This document shows, piece after piece, positions 18,801 through 26,376 of a DNA stretch of 34,324 bases. The notes under the pieces are model-generated. The model searched no databases. It was not told where the DNA came from and saw nothing but the letters and a program-made list of their open reading frames with translations. Position 1 is the first letter of the stretch; each line of letters begins with the position of its first letter. Made by a program: the position numbers and the translations under genes. The DNA is from Bacteroides fragilis. Lineage in GTDB: Bacteria; Bacteroidota; Bacteroidia; Chitinophagales; Chitinophagaceae. The stretch spans positions 1 through 34,324 of the forward strand of contig CALSAT010000001.1 of the NCBI GenBank assembly GCA_943372905.1, given 5' to 3'.

Positions 18801-19565
18801 GATGCTATTTATTTCCTCGAAGGTGATGATGGATTAAACCCGCAATTAAGTGATTGGGATAAAGACAAGAGAAGAAGACGTTTTGCCTTTCAGCAAACCA
18901 ATGGTGTACGATATGATAAGTCTATTACCACCTGGCATTACCACCGTTTTCAGCCCACTGGTTTTTTAACACAGGAAGAAAGAGATATATGGGAAGCCCT
19001 TGCTATGGCAAAAAGCGGAACGGATATTGGCAATGCATGGCAGCCGGGCGGGGGATTGAATTTTCCTGAACGTACCGATATACAAAGGGATAAAATAAAA
19101 AATATAGCCTTCGGTTTTAGCTGGGGTATCAAAAGAGAGCCCACAGGCGATTACGGCGCTTTCCTGGAATGCCCGGAGTATATTGTGCGGGCTGAAAACC
19201 TGAATAACTGCATGCCTGAAAGAAAAGCAGCTTATCTCTGTGTACGGGGAGAAAACAGTTTACCCGAACATATGAAAAGCACAAGGACGATGGAACTTTA
19301 CCGCATCATGAAACCCATCTATGATTTATGGATGCAGTTTGAAAACGGGCCGAACGAACCGCTTAGAAAGAGTTTTGCCGGTACAAGGGATTTTGATTTT
19401 AACCTGGACGGACAGGCACATTATGGTATGCTGCCCGATTTGATACAGGATATGAAAAACCAGGGCTTAACACCGGATCAAATGAAACCTTTGTTCCTGG
19501 GGGCCAATCAATTTATTAAAATGTGGGAAAGCGCAGAAGCAGCGAAGAATAATATCAGGGATTAA
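15816..19565 (+). CDS. Secreted multidomain amidohydrolase (membrane dipeptidase/peptidase M19-like) with two N-terminal DUF7452-like modules and a GH32-associated CBM-like module
   Basis: Signal peptide; GFADTHAH, GLEQAE, IDIDHMS, SGHT, FGSDANGF and DFNLDGQAHYGMLPD; middle module GTLTSKP...FLLGGG...IRLVDEKSTGWGHINADDF. Confidence 0.75.
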   Translation: MKKTAFLLLLLSGYFAEAQQKLQHISSAQNIGNNSTFINAEGLNNNPNAIIIVEYDAVTAKANTHAVGTWYTGSQWAIFNQDLAAMPAGLTFNLTWKNADANAFVHKVVNGNNILDHPSLNNNPSASFYASQVWNPGGAGGVYNNANIALSYNQQLAKWEVKNQTGAPLPEGSAFNILVGNSGKNSMAVIKNNPAIANLPPVKNQPVTNPVINNPNVAVIDPSVIQAVSSATANLGFEETFLSWKTTGTAFSFQPVSGNTVVSDRMLSRMQYTAGGIGGDYWKGIAYNIGHKGNNWIGTYENGAGDAPIGTLTSKPIKADKQYLTFLLGGGNDINKLYAELQVKKTDYEAVWGAGKRGLYGDTEDGFTCVNRITPLINSEELFRYYFDLSGELNNQFAGKTIRIRLVDEKSTGWGHINADDFLFKDNLDDFIYFMKGGIGLYADKDKPVFGFADTHAHWVNHVGLNNFMWGSPGGKLETSNVARDIPPCDGHNHGLPTVTPGLFLAIVENKAMNRLGERLANVGNATCATLALPCMVAAGATSAVGAAFGSIGQGASGAYAKTGALDATITTALYTMAACVPFQACGHQFVKDVFAKHYGNNVPENNPAVSNYVDFPAWNSFAHQTMHISWVRRSYDGGQRLMVVPVGVAKSWEFNTTSDGAMRPAFTHIQNAVAALKELVRLNNDWMQIAYSSAEAKKIILENKMAIVIGLEQAEIGSYFSSPQQEVNELYKLGIRHFFPIHNIDNNLGGAAVFNSAINSYNDLVNRGKNNGELTCLNVKEGISNYDETRVNVKLERGIMRQEMRFMPIIGFGNIPFFYKNEVPSRYNYESYISHKNATGLTATGFAYIKELMKKGAIIDIDHMSDDAQNMTVRELQRNNYPLLSGHTNFRDLRREGTETEGDGREARLKTEFTIYNSRATEIINSGGMFGLMNQQNNVKNAPGCTIPNTSAGGTSSFIQAYWYALQKGGEEHGIAFGSDANGFAPQVAPRFGTDAIYFLEGDDGLNPQLSDWDKDKRRRRFAFQQTNGVRYDKSITTWHYHRFQPTGFLTQEERDIWEALAMAKSGTDIGNAWQPGGGLNFPERTDIQRDKIKNIAFGFSWGIKREPTGDYGAFLECPEYIVRAENLNNCMPERKAAYLCVRGENSLPEHMKSTRTMELYRIMKPIYDLWMQFENGPNEPLRKSFAGTRDFDFNLDGQAHYGMLPDLIQDMKNQGLTPDQMKPLFLGANQFIKMWESAEAAKNNIRD

Positions 19566-19595
19566 TTTTGTAACCTAAACCTTTAAAAAAATAAA

Positions 19596-20276
19596 ATGAA
19601 AAAACTATTAATCATTTCCCTGTCACTGATTTTATTCGCCTGCAAAAGCGGCAAAAAAGAAGATAAATCAGGTGACATGCCGGCCGATCCTGCAAAAGAA
19701 AACACTGGCACCACCACACCCACCGAAGTGCCAGCCAGTACTGCCAGCAGTAACTTCTCCCTGATGATAGAAGGAAAAGAATTAAAACTGAACGGCAGCA
19801 TCCTGGTAGATAAAGACAAAAAGAAACTGATGGCCGGTGCCCCATACCGTGCCATGATCACCACCAGTTCCGGCCCGGATAACGAAGGCATGATACTGCG
19901 GTTCGTATTTGATACCAAACCCGGCACCTACCCGCTTACCGGCATGAGCTATGGTCGTGGTAAAGGCGATGCCGGACAACAGTTTGGCGGCTTACTCGGA
20001 GGAGATGAAAAGCTGTACGACACTAAAGTAACTCTTACCGAATGTAAAGACCTTGGCGATAACAATGCCGGCGGCCACCGATGGAGCATCAGCGGCACTC
20101 TTGAAAATCTCACCATTCCTGCTATGGGCATTATGCTGATGGACAAAGAAAAAAACCATCCTAAAGAAATTAAGATTGATAAAATTTCTTTTACCAGTTT
20201 ATCATTTGATGACAACGCCGAAGAAATGCTACAGAAAGCCATGGACCAAATGAATCAGATGAAAAAGAACAAATAA
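19596..20276 (+). CDS. Hypothetical lipoprotein
   Basis: Lipobox LFAC followed by KSGKKED, T/P-rich tether and beta-rich domain. Confidence 0.8.
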   Translation: MKKLLIISLSLILFACKSGKKEDKSGDMPADPAKENTGTTTPTEVPASTASSNFSLMIEGKELKLNGSILVDKDKKKLMAGAPYRAMITTSSGPDNEGMILRFVFDTKPGTYPLTGMSYGRGKGDAGQQFGGLLGGDEKLYDTKVTLTECKDLGDNNAGGHRWSISGTLENLTIPAMGIMLMDKEKNHPKEIKIDKISFTSLSFDDNAEEMLQKAMDQMNQMKKNK

Positions 20277-20298
20277 AAAATATCTGCCCATATCTTAC

Positions 20299-20332
20299 GA
20301 AGCTGTTCCTGCCGGAACAGCTTCTTTATTTT
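20299..20332 (+). terminator. Rho-independent terminator
   Basis: GAAGCTGTTCC-TGCC-GGAACAGCTTC followed by TTTATTTT, ending the 12981-20276 run. Confidence 0.85.
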
Positions 20333-20630
20333 CAACCAGGTACAACAGTTGAATTTCTTTATTGGTTTACATAAGTAAATACACTGGTGTGTTTAAAATA
20401 ATTATTTGCCAGGCCATAAAAAGAGAAACATTTCATTCATTGTCTGCGCTATAGGTATTATATTCACGGTGCCAAACAATATCCTTAACCCAAAACTGCA
20501 TCAATTCTTACATAGCGGACCTTTTAGTACTATATGTACATGGACCCATCATGGGAATGTCATCATTCTCATCATTATTTTTCTTTTCAAACAGGCTATC
20601 TCTTCCAATTTATACTGCAAAAAACCAAAC

Positions 20631-23600
20631 ATGAAACAAACCAAAACACTTCTTCTTTTACTTTTACTGACTTTATTTCAACAGGCTTCAGCACAATCAG
20701 ATTGCTCAAGTGCTGTTATTGTTTGCGGCAACACCCAGCCATTCAACCCCAGCGGCGTAGGCACCAAACTGGAGCAACTGGCCTGCGGCGGCATTGAACA
20801 CAATAGTGTGTGGATCGCCTTCCAGGCAAAGGCCAGCGGCAAACTTAATTTTGTGATTCGTCCGTTTAGCCTGGCCGGGTTACCCACCGCAGTGGATGTG
20901 GACTGGAGCCTTTACCAGTTACCCGGCAACCCCAACACAACCAATTGTAACAACAAAACACAATTGAGCTGCAATTTTGCAGGTTCTTCCACCGTATTCG
21001 GTATTCCGGGTGCTACCGGTATGGCCACACCCCCTTTCACCGCATCGCAATTTAACCCGGGTATTGATGTAACCCTGAATACATGGTATGTGTTAATGAT
21101 AGATCAGTTTTCAAACACCACACCTTTATTACTCAGTGTTCAGTTTACGGGCAATCCGGAATTTGCTGCTCTGAATTCAACCCCTGGAATTTTCGACAAC
21201 CGTCCCGATTTTACTATTACCACCGTTTCCGGATGTAATGGTGTATACAATTTCACCAACAGCGCTACCGCTGTTTCCGGTATAGCCAGTTATTCCTGGG
21301 ACTTTGGCGATGGCAGCACTTCCACTGCCGCCAATCCATCGCATACCTATGTTACTCCGGGAACTTATTATGTTACATTAACGGTTACAGATAATAACGG
21401 ATGTCAATCAGATATCCGGAAAGCCGTGATCTATAACAATACACCACCCGTCCTTACTGCAGCCAGTATTTTAGCCACGCCTTCCTGCAGCAATGCCAAT
21501 ACGGGAACCATTACCGTAGCTACTACCGGCGCCACTACGCCGGGTGTTGCAGGCGGAACCCCGCCTTATACATTTGAACTGGTATCGCCTTCACCTAATA
21601 TCAGGGCTCCGCAGGCATCGCCTGCATTTACCGGTTTACAGCCCGGTGGTTATTTTTTGAAGGCAACCGATGCCTGTGGTAAATCGGCTGTAAGTACTGT
21701 TATAACCGTTGCACAGGTGGCCACCAACTCCACCATTGGCCTTGGTATTCAAAATACACAGGCGGCTTGTAACAGCACGCCGTCGGGTACAGCCACCATT
21801 TTTGCCAATGGCAGCGCACCGCCCTATACCATGGCGCTGGTTAACAGTTCGCCAGTAACCACTGGTGCGTTGCCCGCCGTACAGCGAGACCCAATTACGG
21901 CTACTTATTATACAACATTTACCAATTTATTACCGGGCCTTTACACGGTTGAGGCCGTTGACGGCTGCGGCAAAGCACGCCGGGCCACGTTCACAGTGAA
22001 TGTAAGTACTGCGCCAACGGCGAACTCAGTGGCGAGTCCGTCCTGTGCAGGTACACCTACCGGCACAATTACGGTGACTGCCACGGCTGCCACAGGTTTA
22101 TCAGCCAACGGGGCGCCGGGCATCTTCCAGTATGCATTAATTAACCCTTCGCCCGTTTTACGCAACCTGCAAAACTCTTCCGTATTTGAAAACCTTTATC
22201 CGGGTACTTATACTGTTGCTGTTCGTGACAATTGCGGTAGTATTGGTACAACAACGGTTACTGTGGGTACGGCTGTTGCACCTAATTTTGGTACATCTTT
22301 TATCAGCGCTTCCTGTCCGAACGGCAGCACCGGAACTATTGAAGTACAAAACGGAACTACAGCCGGTGGCGGTTCGCCTTACACTTATGCGTTAATTGCG
22401 CCATCTCCCGTTACCAGGGCACCTCAAAGCAGCAATGCTTTTGCAAACCTGCCTCCCGGTACATATACGGTAAGGATGACAGATGCTTGTAATACTTCGG
22501 CCATCACCACCTTAACAGTGCCTGCTTCTACGGCACCCACATTTACTACGGCGGCAACAACCAGTTGCATTACCCCTGCCAGCGGAACCCTTACTGTTAC
22601 ACCAGGCGCTTCTGCTTTGGGACCATTTAGTTTTGAACTGATCAGCCCGGGTGCCGCCATTCGTGCACCCCAGGGAAGCAATATTGCGAATACCTTCAAC
22701 AGTATATTCACCGGATTGAACCAGGGAGCGTACACCGTTCGCATGACCGATGGATGTGGCACTCCGGTAACAGGTACTGCTACAGTATCAGCACCCACCG
22801 CGTTAGCTTTCCCCACCGGTTCGGTAGCTGTTGCGTCCTGTGCCTCCCCTTCTGCAGGACAGATCACGGTGGCACAACCAACCACCGGATTGGGAGCATA
22901 TAAATATGAATTGATCGCACCTTCGCCAGTTACCAGAACACAACAGTACAGCAGGATATTCAATAACCTGCCCCCCGGTAACTATACCATACGCATCACC
23001 GATTCATGTGGTACCCAGACGGACAATAGTGCCACGCCGCTGACCCTGCCCGTTTCAACAGCACCCACCCTTACTGTTACCAACACATCCAGTTGTGCGG
23101 CAGCTTCCGGCACGATTACCTGTGTACCAACTACTGCCAACCAGGGTGGTGGTACCTACCAGTATGCTTTAATAGCGCCTTCACCTGTAACGCGGCCCAA
23201 CCAGACTTCGCCCATATTTATCGGCCTGCCTGCAGGCGCCTATACGGTACAAATTACCGATCAGTGTGGTCAAACAGGAACTAACACAACAACGATTGCT
23301 GCAGCTGGAGCCTTTACGCCGGCGGCTGGCGGTTCTATTGCAAGGTGTGACGGAGGTTCAGGATATATAGGACAACTTATTGTAACCAACCCGCAAAACT
23401 TTACATCAGGTGGCCCCATACCAACGGGCAGTGGTGGCGGACCTTATACGTATGCGTTGTACGATGCCACCAATACCACATTAATTGCCGGTCCGCAAAG
23501 CAGTAATGTGTTCTCGAACATTACGCCGGTAGCGGGCAGTCCCACCCATACGATACGGGTTACCGATGCCTGTGGCAATACCAGCACCACTACGGGAACC

Positions 23601-25775
23601 ATTAATAACCCAACAGCGATTACAGCTGCCACTATATCTGCCACTTCGGCTTCCTGTGCATCAGCCAACACCGGGGTGATAAAAGTTACCGTTCAGTCGG
23701 GCGGCGGCCTGCCCCCGTTACGGTATACGCTGATCGATGCGGTTACCTCGGCGGTGATCAGTGGTCCATTTACATATACCACCTTTACTAACGTACCAGC
23801 CAATGCCACCGGTTACCTGGTGCGCACCACCGATGCCTGCGGTAATACGGTTACCAGCGCCGTGCCTCTGTTATTTCCGGCTGCAGTTGCGCCAACCGCA
23901 TCCGTTGTTACCGATGCTTCCTGCACCTCACCGGCTACGGGTGATATTACAGTAACGCCAGGTGCCGGCGCTACGCTGGCAGGTGGCACATTCACTTATT
24001 CTTTATATGATGCGGCCAATGTTACACTTATACGAGCCACACAAAACAGCCCTGTTTTTGCCAACCTTGCAGCGGGTAATTACACCGTTCGTATTACCGA
24101 CCGTTGCGGAGTTGTAGGTACCGTAGCTGCAACTATTGCTTCTAGTGCCGCCGTTCCCACAGCCGCCGGCACCGTAACCAACACCTGTGCGGGAGGTAGT
24201 AGCGGCGTGATCCGTGGCGCTTCCACAGGCGGTATTTTACCCATTACTTATACATTGGTAAACCAGGTAACAAGCGCCGTTGTTGCCGGTCCGCAGGTTG
24301 ATAGTGTATTTGGCGGGCTTGCAGCGGGCACCTATATTGTCAGAGTAACCGATGCATGCGGTGTGGTAACCAATTCGGCAAATATTATATTGGGTGATCT
24401 TCTTGCAACACCCACCATTTCTACCAGCAGTGCATTGGATTGTGCAGGCTCAGCTACCATTGGTGCCTACGGCGGCGGCGGTAGTGGCGGTCCCTATACC
24501 TATGCTATCTGCAACGGTACAGGATGTACCACCTTCGGTGCATTTGGCAACAGCAGCACATTTACGGTAAATACCAGTGGCACTTACCGTATTGCCACCC
24601 GAGACCGTTGCGGTAACCAGACATCCAGTGCTGATATAGTGATTGTAATACCAACCAAACCGGTGGTAACGGGTATTACCAAAGCCATTGCATGCGGTAC
24701 TACCACCTTCACCGCATCTTTTACCGGCGTACCTAACACACCGTATTACAGTGTGGATGGGTCCAACTTCAGTACAACAATTCCTTCGGTAGGTCCTGGT
24801 TGCCATACGTTCAGGGTGGCAGATAATAACGGCGGCACCTTCGGTTGTGCCAGCGATGTATTTGATGTGAGTGTGTTCAGCGTACCATCTTTAAGTGCGG
24901 CTAATCCCACAAACTGGGTAACCGACTGTGTAAATGCTAATGTAATTCCGGGCATTGCACCGGCTACTGGCAATACCGGTTGCGTTGGTAGTGGGGCCAG
25001 TTTTGGTTCAAAACTGGTAGCATGTACAGGCTGTAACGGTGCTGCTGACCCTATCGGCACAGTAAGAGCAGCCGGCGTTCAATTTCATATACCCGGAGCT
25101 TCTGCAGCTACTTTTGCACCTGTGATAATTGTGGGCGGAATTGATATTTGCAGTGGCACTCCTGTAGCAGCCAACTTTAATTTACCGCCATTCAATTGCC
25201 TCACGTTGCCCACCAGCCTGCTCAGCTTTGCAGGTCAAAGAGAGGGTGCAGTAAACAGACTGCGTTGGACAACTACCACTGAACAAAACAATAAAGGCTT
25301 CACAATGCAGCGTTCTGCCGATGGCATCAACTATAGCGATCTTGGTTTCGTTAATAGCCGGGCTACGGGTGGCAGCAGCGTGGATGCCCTGGAGTATGGT
25401 TTTGTTGATAATAACCCTGTTGGTACCAAACAGTATTACCGCCTTCGCCAGGAAGACCTTGATGGTCGCACCAGGCTCAGCAATGTAGTACTGATCAAAG
25501 GAAACAAACCCATGAGTTTGTCGATTGGAGGCTTATTCCCTAATCCGGCCAATACAGAAATAAGTGTGCTGCTCGATGCTCCGGTTAAGGATAAGGTAAC
25601 GCTTCTGATAATAGATGCAACCGGAAAAACAGTTTTGCAAAAAATAGTCAACGTAGAAACCGGAAGCAATACCATCCCGGTCAATATCGCTTCGCTGACA
25701 AATGGTTCTTACTTAGTAAAAATGGTTTGCAACAGCAACTGCGAAACAGCAGTAAGTAAATTTGTGAAGCAATAG
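20631..25775 (+). CDS. T9SS type A sorting-domain surface protein with a PKD domain and 12 SprB-like repeats
   Basis: ATG at 20631 gives a signal peptide ending ASA-Q; PKD motif YSWDFGDG...HTY..PGTYYVTLTVTD; 12 repeats with SC..GTI.V...PY.Y.L...F.NL.PG.Y.V...D.CG; LPTSLLSF...LRWTT...YYRLRQED domain; CTD FPNPA...GSYLVK...KFVKQ. Confidence 0.93.
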   Translation: MKQTKTLLLLLLLTLFQQASAQSDCSSAVIVCGNTQPFNPSGVGTKLEQLACGGIEHNSVWIAFQAKASGKLNFVIRPFSLAGLPTAVDVDWSLYQLPGNPNTTNCNNKTQLSCNFAGSSTVFGIPGATGMATPPFTASQFNPGIDVTLNTWYVLMIDQFSNTTPLLLSVQFTGNPEFAALNSTPGIFDNRPDFTITTVSGCNGVYNFTNSATAVSGIASYSWDFGDGSTSTAANPSHTYVTPGTYYVTLTVTDNNGCQSDIRKAVIYNNTPPVLTAASILATPSCSNANTGTITVATTGATTPGVAGGTPPYTFELVSPSPNIRAPQASPAFTGLQPGGYFLKATDACGKSAVSTVITVAQVATNSTIGLGIQNTQAACNSTPSGTATIFANGSAPPYTMALVNSSPVTTGALPAVQRDPITATYYTTFTNLLPGLYTVEAVDGCGKARRATFTVNVSTAPTANSVASPSCAGTPTGTITVTATAATGLSANGAPGIFQYALINPSPVLRNLQNSSVFENLYPGTYTVAVRDNCGSIGTTTVTVGTAVAPNFGTSFISASCPNGSTGTIEVQNGTTAGGGSPYTYALIAPSPVTRAPQSSNAFANLPPGTYTVRMTDACNTSAITTLTVPASTAPTFTTAATTSCITPASGTLTVTPGASALGPFSFELISPGAAIRAPQGSNIANTFNSIFTGLNQGAYTVRMTDGCGTPVTGTATVSAPTALAFPTGSVAVASCASPSAGQITVAQPTTGLGAYKYELIAPSPVTRTQQYSRIFNNLPPGNYTIRITDSCGTQTDNSATPLTLPVSTAPTLTVTNTSSCAAASGTITCVPTTANQGGGTYQYALIAPSPVTRPNQTSPIFIGLPAGAYTVQITDQCGQTGTNTTTIAAAGAFTPAAGGSIARCDGGSGYIGQLIVTNPQNFTSGGPIPTGSGGGPYTYALYDATNTTLIAGPQSSNVFSNITPVAGSPTHTIRVTDACGNTSTTTGTINNPTAITAATISATSASCASANTGVIKVTVQSGGGLPPLRYTLIDAVTSAVISGPFTYTTFTNVPANATGYLVRTTDACGNTVTSAVPLLFPAAVAPTASVVTDASCTSPATGDITVTPGAGATLAGGTFTYSLYDAANVTLIRATQNSPVFANLAAGNYTVRITDRCGVVGTVAATIASSAAVPTAAGTVTNTCAGGSSGVIRGASTGGILPITYTLVNQVTSAVVAGPQVDSVFGGLAAGTYIVRVTDACGVVTNSANIILGDLLATPTISTSSALDCAGSATIGAYGGGGSGGPYTYAICNGTGCTTFGAFGNSSTFTVNTSGTYRIATRDRCGNQTSSADIVIVIPTKPVVTGITKAIACGTTTFTASFTGVPNTPYYSVDGSNFSTTIPSVGPGCHTFRVADNNGGTFGCASDVFDVSVFSVPSLSAANPTNWVTDCVNANVIPGIAPATGNTGCVGSGASFGSKLVACTGCNGAADPIGTVRAAGVQFHIPGASAATFAPVIIVGGIDICSGTPVAANFNLPPFNCLTLPTSLLSFAGQREGAVNRLRWTTTTEQNNKGFTMQRSADGINYSDLGFVNSRATGGSSVDALEYGFVDNNPVGTKQYYRLRQEDLDGRTRLSNVVLIKGNKPMSLSIGGLFPNPANTEISVLLDAPVKDKVTLLIIDATGKTVLQKIVNVETGSNTIPVNIASLTNGSYLVKMVCNSNCETAVSKFVKQ

Positions 25776-25806
25776 TATTAACCGCCCGGTTTTTCAGCAA
25801 GGCTTC

Positions 25807-25837
25807 AACCACCCTGTTTATTGCAGGGTGGTTTTTT
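25807..25837. terminator. Rho-independent terminator between convergent genes
   Basis: AACCACCCTG-TTTATTG-CAGGGTGGTT followed by TTTT. Confidence 0.8.
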
Positions 25838-26279
25838 ATTTGGGTAGATGTGCAATGAGCTCTACCTCCAGCCTTGCATCATGCATATATAACCTTGCAA
25901 CCTGCACCCAGGTGGCAGCAGGAAAATCGCCTTTGTAAAAAACTTTACGGGCATCATTATGTTTCTTCATGGCTTCCATATCAGTAGTGTACAAATTTTC
26001 TTTTACCACATTCTGAAAGGTTGCGCCAAAGCTTTTCAGCGATCTCTCCAATGCCTGGTACACCCGGGTGATATCCTCAGGTGTTACATCTCTCGCTACG
26101 GCCCCGGAGATGTAAAGTATATTATCCACTTTTACCACCTGCACATAACCGGCGCTGGTGTCCTGCTTCAGTTCATTATCCCAATGCCATTTTTCTTTTT
26201 GAATAGTTTGATCCTGTGCTTGTATGGTAAGCAGGAAAGCGGCCTGGAACAGGAGGATCAGCATTAATAACTTTCGCAT
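25836..26279 (-). CDS. Rid (YjgF/YER057c/UK114) family protein with signal peptide
   Basis: ATG at 26279 gives MRKLLMLILLFQAAFLLTIQA-Q; GYVQVVKVDNILYISG, NVVKENLYTTDM and FPAATWVQVARL...VEVELIA. Confidence 0.88.
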   Translation of the reverse strand: MRKLLMLILLFQAAFLLTIQAQDQTIQKEKWHWDNELKQDTSAGYVQVVKVDNILYISGAVARDVTPEDITRVYQALERSLKSFGATFQNVVKENLYTTDMEAMKKHNDARKVFYKGDFPAATWVQVARLYMHDARLEVELIAHLPK

Positions 26280-26326
26280 ACGATTAATTTTTACTGAAAG
26301 TAACCATCCCTTTTGCGAAAGCCAAC

Positions 26327-26355
26327 AAAAAATCCACCAGCGGTTACTGGTGGAT
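26327..26355 (-). terminator. Rho-independent terminator downstream of korA
   Basis: The minus strand reads ATCCACCAG-TAACCG-CTGGTGGAT followed by a T-run. Confidence 0.75.
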
Positions 26356-26376
26356 GATGATAATATTATTATCTGC

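Noticed and set aside
20406-20630. Track upstream starts (20406; likewise 8894, 8910, 12918, 26393, 28338, 30776)
   Set aside because: Downstream ATGs place the signal peptides or lipoboxes at the N-terminus and/or remove overlaps.
20333-20630. Riboswitch or sRNA in the ~300-bp leader (also 34030-34250)
   Set aside because: I found only short imperfect palindromes and no recognisable family. An Rfam/Infernal scan would be needed.
21440-24650. CRISPR array or DGR template/variable repeats
   Set aside because: The repeats are in-frame, protein-level and diverged. No cas or reverse transcriptase gene is in the window.
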